IMG/VR virus record: IMGVR_UViG_2671180294_000014 | Length of the DNA: 33,339 bases | Reading direction: 5' to 3' (one strand) | DNA from: a virus | Lineage: Duplodnaviria > Heunggongvirae > Uroviricota > Caudoviricetes | In this document: positions 25,596 through 33,339 of the stretch, piece by piece | Layout: each line of letters begins with the position of its first letter | Position numbering within the stretch: position 1 is the first letter of the stretch | Made by a program: the position numbers and the translations under genes | Notes under the pieces: model-generated | Seen by the model: the letters and a program-made list of their open reading frames with translations, nothing else | Database searches by the model: none | What the model was told of the DNA's origin: nothing

Positions 25596-26786
25596 ATGAG
25601 TGACTATCATCACGGCGTGCAGGTGCTGGAGATTAACGACGGCACCCGCGTCATTTCCACCGTATCCACTGCCATTGTCGGCATGGTCTGCACGGCCAGC
25701 GATGCGGATGCGGAAACCTTCCCCCTCAATAAACCGGTGCTGATTACCAATGTGCAGAGCGCAATTGCAAAGGCCGGTAAAAAAGGCACGCTGGCGGCAT
25801 CGTTGCAGGCCATCGCCGACCAGTCAAAACCGGTCACCGTTGTCGTGCGTGTGGAAGACGGCACCGGCGACGACGAGGAAACGAAACTCGCGCAGACCGT
25901 TTCCAATATCATCGGCACCACCGACGAAAACGGTCAGTACACCGGACTGAAAGCCCTGCTGGCGGCGGAGTCGGTAACCGGTGTTAAACCGCGTATTCTC
26001 GGCGTGCCGGGACTGGACACCAAAGAGGTGGCTGTTGCACTGGCATCAGTCTGTCAGAAGCTGCGCGCTTTCGGGTATATCAGCGCATGGGGCTGTAAGA
26101 CCGTTTCCGAGGTGAAAGCCTACCGTCAGAATTTCAGCCAGCGTGAGCTGATGGTCATCTGGCCGGATTTCCTCGCATGGGATACGGTCGCCAGTACCAC
26201 CGCCACCGCGTATGCCACCGCCCGTGCGCTGGGTCTGCGCGCTAAAATCGACCAGGAGCAGGGCTGGCATAAAACGCTGTCCAACGTCGGGGTGAACGGT
26301 GTTACCGGCATCAGCGCGTCCGTATTCTGGGATTTGCAGGAGTCCGGCACCGATGCTGACCTGCTTAACGAGTCAGGCGTCACAACGCTGATTCGCCGTG
26401 ACGGTTTCCGCTTCTGGGGTAACCGTACCTGCTCTGATGACCCGCTGTTCCTCTTTGAAAACTACACCCGCACCGCGCAGGTGCTGGCCGACACGATGGC
26501 TGAGGCGCACATGTGGGCGGTGGACAAGCCCATCACCGCAACGCTGATTCGCGACATCGTTGACGGCATCAATGCCAAATTCCGTGAGCTGAAAACAAAC
26601 GGCTATATCGTGGATGCGACCTGCTGGTTCAGCGAAGAATCCAACGATGCGGAAACCCTCAAGGCCGGAAAACTGTATATCGACTACGACTATACCCCGG
26701 TGCCTCCTCTTGAAAACCTGACCCTGCGCCAGCGTATTACCGATAAATACCTGGCAAATCTGGTCACCTCGGTTAACAGCAATTAA
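25596..26786 (+). CDS. FI: Tail sheath protein FI, 396 aa
   Basis: Length and position match P2 gpFI. Confidence 0.92.
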   Translation: MSDYHHGVQVLEINDGTRVISTVSTAIVGMVCTASDADAETFPLNKPVLITNVQSAIAKAGKKGTLAASLQAIADQSKPVTVVVRVEDGTGDDEETKLAQTVSNIIGTTDENGQYTGLKALLAAESVTGVKPRILGVPGLDTKEVAVALASVCQKLRAFGYISAWGCKTVSEVKAYRQNFSQRELMVIWPDFLAWDTVASTTATAYATARALGLRAKIDQEQGWHKTLSNVGVNGVTGISASVFWDLQESGTDADLLNESGVTTLIRRDGFRFWGNRTCSDDPLFLFENYTRTAQVLADTMAEAHMWAVDKPITATLIRDIVDGINAKFRELKTNGYIVDATCWFSEESNDAETLKAGKLYIDYDYTPVPPLENLTLRQRITDKYLANLVTSVNSN

Positions 26787-26798
26787 GGAGCCTGACCG

Positions 26799-27317
26799 AT
26801 GGCAATGCCGCGCAAACTCAAGTTAATGAACGTCTTTCTGAACGGCTACAGCTATCAGGGCGTTGCAAAGTCCGTCACGCTGCCAAAACTGACCCGTAAA
26901 CTCGAAAACTATCGCGGTGCGGGGATGAACGGAAGCGCACCGGTAGACCTCGGCCTTGATGACGATGCGCTGTCAATGGAGTGGTCGCTCGGGGGCTTCC
27001 CGGATTCGGTTATCTGGGAGCTTTACGCCGCAACCGGTGTGGATGCCGTGCCGATTCGTTTTGCAGGCTCTTACCAGCGTGACGATACCGGCGAAACGGT
27101 GGCCGTAGAGGTGGTCATGCGTGGCCGTCAGAAAGAAATCGACACCGGCGAGGGTAAACAGGGAGAAGACACCGAGTCGAAAATCTCCGTGGTCTGCACC
27201 TATTTCCGGCTGACGATGGACGGTAAGGAGCTGGTCGAAATCGACACCATCAACATGATTGAGAAGGTGAACGGCGTCGACCGGCTGGAGCAACACCGCC
27301 GCAATATCGGCCTGTAA
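26799..27317 (+). CDS. FII: Tail tube protein FII, 172 aa
   Basis: Length and position match P2 gpFII. Confidence 0.92.
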   Translation: MAMPRKLKLMNVFLNGYSYQGVAKSVTLPKLTRKLENYRGAGMNGSAPVDLGLDDDALSMEWSLGGFPDSVIWELYAATGVDAVPIRFAGSYQRDDTGETVAVEVVMRGRQKEIDTGEGKQGEDTESKISVVCTYFRLTMDGKELVEIDTINMIEKVNGVDRLEQHRRNIGL

Positions 27318-27373
27318 TTTTCATCCGGTCAGCCTGGCTGACCGGTTAACCCCGATTCAGAAGTGAGAAAACC

Positions 27374-27649
27374 ATGAACAAAGAAAATGTGATTACCCTG
27401 GACAATCCGGTCAAGCGTGGTGAGCAGGTTATCGAACAGGTCACGCTGATGAAACCCAGTGCGGGGACGCTGCGCGGTGTCAGTCTGGCTGCGGTCGCAA
27501 ACTCAGAAGTCGATGCACTGATTAAGGTGCTGCCGCGCATGACGGCACCGATGCTGACCGAGCAGGAAGTCGCCGCGCTGGAACTGCCTGACCTTGTGGC
27601 GCTGGCCGGTAAGGTGGTCGGTTTTTTGTCGCCGAACTCGGTGCAGTGA
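27374..27649 (+). CDS. E: Tail assembly chaperone E, 91 aa
   Basis: Length and position match P2 gpE. It contains the slippery site. Confidence 0.88.
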   Translation: MNKENVITLDNPVKRGEQVIEQVTLMKPSAGTLRGVSLAAVANSEVDALIKVLPRMTAPMLTEQEVAALELPDLVALAGKVVGFLSPNSVQ

Positions 27650-27801
27650 CGCTTCCGAAAAATCTGTCGGTCGATGACCTGATGGCGGATGTGGCAGTGA
27701 TATTTCACTGGCCGCCATCAGAACTGTATCCCATGAGCCTGACCGAACTCATCACATGGCGCGAAAAGGCGCTCAGGCGAAGCGGAAACACGAATGAGTA
27801 A
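27374..27801 (+). CDS. E': Tail assembly chaperone E+E' (142 aa), made by a programmed -1 frameshift at T TTT TTG (27622-27628)
   Basis: The slippery heptamer is in the correct zero frame. I translated the -1 frame by hand: it runs VAELGAVTLPKNLSVDDLMADVAVIFHWPPSELYPMSLTELITWREKALRRSGNTNE and stops at 27799-27801, overlapping the T start. The total length equals P2 E' (142 aa). Confidence 0.8.
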
Positions 27802-30245
27802 CAATGTAAAATTACAGGTATTGCTCAGGGCTGTTGACCAGGCGTCCCGCCCGTTTAAATCCATCCGCAGAGCGAGTAAGTTGCTGTCGGGGGATATCCG
27901 GGAAACACAAAAATCACTGCGCGAGCTGAACGGTCACGCATCCCGTATTGAGGGATTCCGCAAGACCAGTGCACAGCTCGCCGTGACTGGTCATGCACTT
28001 GAAAAGGCACGGCAGGAGGCCGAAGCCCTTGCCACACAGTTTAAAAACACCGAACGCCCGACCCGTGCTCAGGCGAAAGTGCTGGAATCCGCAAAGCGTG
28101 CGGCGGAGGACTTACAGGCGAAATATAACCGCCTGACAGATTCCGTTAAACGCCAGCAGCGGGAACTGGCCGCTGTGGGAATTAATACCCGCAATCTTGC
28201 ACATGATGAGCAGGGACTGAAAAACCGTATCAGTGAAACCACCGCCCAGCTTAACCGGCAGCGTGACGCGCTGGCGCGTGTCAGTGCGCAACAGGCAAAA
28301 CTTAACGCAGTCAAACAGCGTTATCAGGCCGGAAAGGAACTGGCCGGAAATATGGCCTCAGTGGGCGCTGCCGGTGTGGGGATTGCTGCTGCGGGAACGA
28401 TAGCCGGAGTTAAGCTGCTGATGCCAGGTTATGAGTTTGCGCAGAAAAACTCAGAATTGCAGGCTGTGCTCGGTGTGGCAAAAGACTCCGCCGAAATGGC
28501 TGCACTCCGCAAGCAGGCGCGCCAGCTCGGTGACAACACCGCCGCCTCAGCGGATGATGCGGCCGGTGCACAGATTATCATTGCGAAAGCGGGTGGGGAT
28601 GTTGATGCCATTCAGGCGGCAACGCCGGTCACGCTGAATATGGCGCTGGCGAACCGCCGCACAATGGAAGAAAACGCCGCCCTGCTGATGGGGATGAAAT
28701 CCGCCTTTCAGCTTTCAAACGATAAGGTCGCTCATATCGGGGATGTTCTCTCCATGACGATGAACAAAACCGCCGCTGATTTTGACGGCATGAGCGATGC
28801 GCTGACCTATGCCGCACCAGTGGCAAAAAATGCCGGTGTCAGCATTGAAGAAACCGCCGCAATGGTCGGGGCGCTGCATGATGCAAAAATCACAGGCTCA
28901 ATGGCGGGGACGGGAAGCCGTGCCGTGTTAAGTCGCCTGCAGGCACCGACTGGAAAAGCATGGGATGCACTCAAAGAGCTTGGCGTGAAAACCTCAGACA
29001 GTAAGGGAAACACCCGACCAGTATTTACCATTCTGAAAGAAATGCAGGCCAGCTTTGAGAAAAACCGGCTCGGTACTGCCCAGCAGGCCGAATACATGAA
29101 AACCATTTTCGGGGAGGAGGCCAGCTCAGCCGCCGCTGTGCTGATGACTGCCGCGTCAACCGGAAAGCTGGACAAACTGACCGCTGCGTTTAAAGCCTCA
29201 GACGGGAAGACCGCAGAGCTGGTAAATATCATGCAGGACAACCTCGGCGGTGACTTTAAGGAGTTTCAGTCCGCTTATGAGGCGGTGGGGACAGACCTGT
29301 TTGACCAGCAGGAAGGCGCGCTACGTAAGCTCACGCAGACGGCCACAAAGTATGTGTTAAAACTCGACGGCTGGGTACAGAAAAACAAATCACTGGCGTC
29401 AACCATTGGCCTCATTGCCGGTGGCGCGCTGGCGCTGACTGGCATCATCGGTGCAATTGGTCTTGTAGCCTGGCCGGTTATCACCGGCATCAATGCCATC
29501 ATCGCGGCAGCAGGCGCAATGGGGGCAATCTTCACGACGGTTGGTAGTGCCGTTATGACGGCCATCGGGGCGATTAGCTGGCCGGTTGTGGCTGGGGGGG
29601 NNNNNNNNNNNNNTCGCCGGGGCGTTGCTTATCCGTAAATACTGGGAGCCTGTCAGCGCATTCTTTGGCGGTGTGGTTGAAGGGCTGAAAGCGGCATTTG
29701 CGCCGGTGGGGGAGCTGTTCACGCCACTGAAACCGGTGTTTGACTGGCTGGGCGAAAAGTTACAGGCTGCGTGGCAGTGGTTTAAAAACCTGATTGCCCC
29801 GGTCAAAGCCACCCAGGACACCCTGAACCGTTGCCGTGACACGGGCGTCATGTTCGGGCAGGCACTGGCTGACGCGCTGATGCTGCCGCTTAATGCGTTC
29901 AACAAATTGCGCAGCGGCATTGACTGGGTACTGGAAAAGCTCGGGGTCATCAACAAAGAGTCAGACACACTTGACCAGACCGCCGCCAGAACTCATGCCG
30001 CCACGTATGGCACCGGTGGTTATATTCCGGCGACCAGCTCTTATGCAGGCTATCAGGCTTATCAGCCGGTCACGGCACCGGCTGGCCGCTCTTATGTGGA
30101 CCAGAGTAAAAACGAATATCACATCAGCCTGACGGGTGGTACTGCACCGGGGACACAGCTTGACCGCCAGTTACAGGATGCGCTCGAAAAATACGAGCGG
30201 GATAAACGTGCGCGCGCCCGTGCCAGCATGATGCATGACGGTTAA
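27794..30245 (+). CDS. T: Tail tape-measure protein T (about 815 aa), interrupted by an assembly gap of 13 Ns at 29601-29613 that breaks the apparent frame
   Basis: Two collinear ORFs (27794-29638 and 29586-30245) flank the N-run. The protein is coiled-coil and Ala/Gly-rich, typical of tape-measure proteins. The position matches P2 gpT. Confidence 0.85.
29601..29613. other. Assembly gap (13 x N)
   Basis: Run of ambiguous bases. Confidence 1.
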
Positions 30246-30259
30246 GGAGGTGACGAAAA

Positions 30260-30739
30260 ATGATGCTCGCGTTAGGTATGTTTGTTTTTATGCGCCAGAC
30301 GCTGCCACACCAGACCATGCAGCGTGAATCAGATTATCGCTGGCCGTCAAATTCCCGTATCGGTAAACGGGATGCCTATCAGTTTCTCGGTGTAGGTGAG
30401 GAGAACATCACACTTGCCGGTGTGCTTTATCCCGAACTGACTGGCGGAAAGCTGACGATGACCACGCTCAGACTGATGGCAGAGGAAGGCCGGGCGTGGC
30501 CGTTGCTGGATGGCACCGGCATGATTTACGGCATGTATGTCATCAGCAAGGTGAGTGAAACAGGGAGTATTTTCTTTGCAGACGGCACACCACGGAAAAT
30601 TGATTTTACGCTGTCGCTCACCCGCGTTGATGAGTCACTGGCCGCGCTTTATGGCGATATCGGTAAACAGGCGGAATCGCTCATCGGTAAGGCTGGCAGT
30701 ATGGCGACTAAATTCACGGGTATGACGGGGGCGGGATAA
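30260..30739 (+). CDS. U: Tail protein U, 159 aa
   Basis: Length and position match P2 gpU. Confidence 0.9.
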   Translation: MMLALGMFVFMRQTLPHQTMQRESDYRWPSNSRIGKRDAYQFLGVGEENITLAGVLYPELTGGKLTMTTLRLMAEEGRAWPLLDGTGMIYGMYVISKVSETGSIFFADGTPRKIDFTLSLTRVDESLAALYGDIGKQAESLIGKAGSMATKFTGMTGAG

Positions 30740-31902
30740 TGCTGGATGCGCTGACATTTGATGCAGGCAGTACGCTGACGCCGGATTACATGCTGATGCT
30801 CGACAGCAGGGATATTACCGGCAATATCAGCGACCGTCTGATGAGCATGACCCTGACGGATAACCGGGGCTTTGAGGCTGACCAGCTTGATATTGAACTG
30901 AACGATGCCGACGGGCAGGTCGGGCTGCCGGTTCGTGGCGCTGTCCTGACGGTGTATATCGGCTGGAAAGGTTTTGCCCTGGTATGCAAAGGGAAATTTA
31001 CCGTTGATGAGGTTGAACACCGGGGCGCGCCGGATGTGGTCACCATCCGCGCCCGGAGTGCAGATTTTCGCGGGACGCTCAATTCCCGCCGTGAAGGCTC
31101 ATGGCATGACATTACGCTCGGTGCGATTGTTGAGGCGATAGCCTCCCGTAACAGGCTGGAAGCCAGTGTCGCTCCGTCACTGGCCGGAATAAAAATTCCA
31201 CACATCGACCAGTCGCAGGAGTCTGATGCGAAATTCCTGACCCGTCTTGCTGAACGCAACGGCGGCGAGGTGTCGGTAAAAATGGGAAAACTGCTGTTTC
31301 TCAAAGCGGGGCAGGGGGTGACGGCCAGCGGTAAAAAAATCCCGCAGATTACCATCACCCGCAGCGACGGCGACCGTCATCATTTTGCGATTGCTGACCG
31401 TGGAGCTTACACCGGCGTAACGGCAAAGTGGTTACACACCAAAGACCCGAAGCCGCAAAAGCAGAAGGTAAAACTGAAACGCAAAAAGAAAGAAAAACAC
31501 CTGCGCGCACTGGAGCACCCGAAAGCGAAACCGGTCACGCAGAAGAAAGCGCCAAAAGTACCGGAAGCGCGCGAAGGTGAATACATGGCCGGTGAAGCTG
31601 ACAACGTTTTTGCCCTGACCACGGTATATGCCACAAAAGCGCAGGCCATGCGCGCCGCTCAGGCGAAGTGGGATAAACTGCAACGGGGTGTAGCGGAGTT
31701 CTCCATCAGCCTGGCTACCGGTCGTGCAGATATTTACACGGAAACACCGGTTAAAGTGTCAGGCTTTAAGCGCGTCATAGACGAGCAGGACTGGACCATC
31801 ACTAAGGTGACACATTGTCTCAATAATAGCGGCTTCACGACGTCCTTGGAGCTTGAGGTAAGGCTTTCTGATGTGGAGTACGAAACAGAAGATGATGAGT
31901 GA
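30739..31902 (+). CDS. D: Tail protein D, 387 aa
   Basis: Length and position match P2 gpD. Its start overlaps the stop of U. Confidence 0.9.
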   Translation: MLDALTFDAGSTLTPDYMLMLDSRDITGNISDRLMSMTLTDNRGFEADQLDIELNDADGQVGLPVRGAVLTVYIGWKGFALVCKGKFTVDEVEHRGAPDVVTIRARSADFRGTLNSRREGSWHDITLGAIVEAIASRNRLEASVAPSLAGIKIPHIDQSQESDAKFLTRLAERNGGEVSVKMGKLLFLKAGQGVTASGKKIPQITITRSDGDRHHFAIADRGAYTGVTAKWLHTKDPKPQKQKVKLKRKKKEKHLRALEHPKAKPVTQKKAPKVPEAREGEYMAGEADNVFALTTVYATKAQAMRAAQAKWDKLQRGVAEFSISLATGRADIYTETPVKVSGFKRVIDEQDWTITKVTHCLNNSGFTTSLELEVRLSDVEYETEDDE

Positions 31903-31920
31903 CGTGGTTTATTTATCTGT

Positions 31921-31949
31921 TTGTTTTATAAGGATAAATTAACTAAAAT
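31921..31949 (+). promoter_or_regulatory. Candidate ogr promoter: TTGTTT, 17-nt spacer, TAAAAT
   Basis: The hexamers are at 31921-31926 and 31944-31949, about 35 nt upstream of the ogr ATG. Confidence 0.45.
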
Positions 31950-31983
31950 GGCACCATCAACAAAACCGGAAGAGGTGCTCGCG

Positions 31984-32202
31984 ATGTTTCATTGTCCTTT
32001 ATGCCAGCATGCCGCACATGCGCGTACAAGTCGCTATATCACTGACACGACAAAAGAGCGTTATCACCAGTGCCAGAACGTGAATTGCAGCGCCACGTTC
32101 ATCACTTATGAGTCGGTACAGCGATACATCGTGAAGCCGGGAGAAGTCCACGCCGTAAGGCCGCACCCGTTGCCGTCAGGGCAGCAAATTATGTGGATGT
32201 GA
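31984..32202 (+). CDS. ogr: Late gene activator Ogr (C4 zinc finger), 72 aa
   Basis: MFHCPLCQHAAHARTSRYITDTTKERYHQCQNVNCSATF matches P2 Ogr, including the CxxC...CxxxxC zinc finger. The ORF-track start at 31921 is a TTG and is unlikely. Confidence 0.93.
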   Translation: MFHCPLCQHAAHARTSRYITDTTKERYHQCQNVNCSATFITYESVQRYIVKPGEVHAVRPHPLPSGQQIMWM

Positions 32203-32213
32203 TCAAAAAAATA

Positions 32214-32240
32214 GCCCCTCAGTTGAGGGGCTTATTTATG
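32214..32240 (+). terminator. Rho-independent terminator after ogr (GCCCCTC-agtt-GAGGGGC followed by TTATTTAT). The region probably overlaps the attR core.
   Basis: Perfect 7-bp GC stem plus a T-rich tail. In P2, attP lies between ogr and int. Confidence 0.7.
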
Positions 32241-32329
32241 GTCGATGTGGACGCTATGTGGACAGCGGTTGACATAAATCCATTTATATCATCAGGTTAG
32301 GTACTTTTTTGTGACACCATCCCTGTCTT

Positions 32330-32355
32330 CCCCCACATGATGTGGGGGTTTTTTT
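32330..32355 (+). terminator. Strong rho-independent terminator CCCCCACA-tga-TGTGGGGG followed by TTTTTTT, in the prophage/chromosome junction region
   Basis: Perfect 8-bp stem and a 7-T run. It probably belongs to the host locus upstream of fieF, or to the att site. Confidence 0.75.
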
Positions 32356-32436
32356 ATCCTCAATTTGCCTGCTGCTTAATGCATTGCAGATGATTTGCTT
32401 CCGTTATACTAGCGTCAGTTGATAGCGGGAGTATTT

Positions 32437-33339
32437 ATGAATCAATCTTATGGACGGCTGGTCAGTCGGGCGGCGATTGCTGCGACGGCGATGGCTTCGC
32501 TGCTATTGCTGATTAAAATTTTTGCATGGTGGTATACCGGGTCGGTGAGTATTCTCGCCGCGCTGGTGGATTCGCTGGTGGATATCGGCGCGTCGTTGAC
32601 GAATTTACTGGTGGTGCGATATTCCCTGCAACCTGCCGACGATAATCACTCGTTTGGTCACGGTAAAGCTGAGTCCCTCGCGGCGCTGGCGCAAAGTATG
32701 TTTATCTCCGGTTCGGCACTATTCCTGTTTTTGACGGGTATTCAACATCTGGTATCTCCAACACCGATGACAGATCCAGGCGTCGGGGTTATCGTGACAA
32801 TTGTGGCGCTAATTTGTACGATTATCCTTGTCTCGTTTCAGCGGTGGGTGGTGCGCCGGACGCAAAGCCAGGCGGTGCGGGCTGATATGCTACATTACCA
32901 GTCTGATGTTATGATGAACGGCGCAATTCTGCTGGCGCTGGGGTTGTCCTGGTACGGCTGGCATCGCGCCGATGCTCTGTTTGCATTGGGAATCGGCATC
33001 TATATTTTATATAGCGCGTTACGCATGGGATATGAGGCGGTACAGTCATTACTGGATCGCGCATTGCCTGATGAGGAACGGCAAGAAATTATTGATATCG
33101 TGACTTCCTGGCCGGGTGTTAGCGGCGCTCACGATCTTCGCACGCGGCAGTCAGGGCCGACCCGCTTTATTCAGATTCATTTGGAAATGGAAGACTCTCT
33201 GCCTTTGGTTCAGGCACATATGGTGGCGGATCAGGTAGAGCAGGCTATTTTACGGCGTTTTCCGGGATCGGATGTAATTATCCATCAGGACCCCTGTTCC
33301 GTCGTACCCAGGGAGGGTAAACGGTCTATGCTTTCATAA
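32437..33339 (+). CDS. fieF: Host cation-diffusion-facilitator ferrous-iron and zinc efflux pump FieF (YiiP), 300 aa
   Basis: [54 protein letters not shown]…[18 protein letters not shown] matches E. coli FieF from end to end. It marks the chromosomal flank on the attR side. Confidence 0.95.
   Translation: MNQSYGRLVSRAAIAATAMASLLLLIKIFAWWYTGSVSILAALVDSLVDIGASLTNLLVVRYSLQPADDNHSFGHGKAESLAALAQSMFISGSALFLFLTGIQHLVSPTPMTDPGVGVIVTIVALICTIILVSFQRWVVRRTQSQAVRADMLHYQSDVMMNGAILLALGLSWYGWHRADALFALGIGIYILYSALRMGYEAVQSLLDRALPDEERQEIIDIVTSWPGVSGAHDLRTRQSGPTRFIQIHLEMEDSLPLVQAHMVADQVEQAILRRFPGSDVIIHQDPCSVVPREGKRSMLS

Noticed and set aside
31921-31983. Extended Ogr ORF starting at the TTG at 31921
   Set aside because: P2 Ogr is 72 aa and begins MFHCPLCQ (ATG 31984). 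The upstream stretch contains the candidate promoter hexamers.

Overview
This window is an almost complete P2-family (Peduovirus-like) prophage of roughly 32 kb, integrated immediately upstream of the chromosomal fieF (yiiP) gene of an E. coli-like host. Gene order is collinear with P2. The immunity and replication block is int (-), C repressor (-), cox, a small orf, B, four small orfs, and the rolling-circle initiator A. Next come a cargo hotspot, the cos site, and a terminator. The morphogenesis and lysis block follows: Q and P (-), then O, N, M, L, X, holin Y, endolysin K, lysA, lysB with embedded lysC, then R, S, V, W, J, I, tail fibre H, and G. A second cargo hotspot precedes FI, FII, E/E' (with -1 frameshift), T, U, D and ogr. 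A terminator follows, then the attR region, then fieF. The two classical P2 variable loci (the tin/old position between A and cos, and the Z/fun position between G and FI) carry visibly AT-rich foreign cargo instead of the P2 genes. Hotspot 1 holds a C5-cytosine DNA methyltransferase that is convergent with a tightly coupled two-gene operon. That operon encodes a DUF262 (GmrS/ParB-like, DGSQR motif) protein and a small HEPN-like (RNDLSH, Rx4H) protein. I consider this pair a candidate undescribed anti-phage or abortive-infection module, possibly working with the methyltransferase. Hotspot 2 holds a single 472-aa orphan protein with its own sigma70-like promoter. Other notable points are an apparent 1-nt deletion frameshift in the major capsid gene N and a 13-N assembly gap inside the tape-measure gene T. 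Tail-fibre gene H contains 132-bp in-frame tandem repeats. There is an exact match to the P2 19-nt cohesive end. Three late operons share TGT-N12-(A/C)C(A/C) Ogr-type elements. A palindromic operator pair sits in the C/cox switch.
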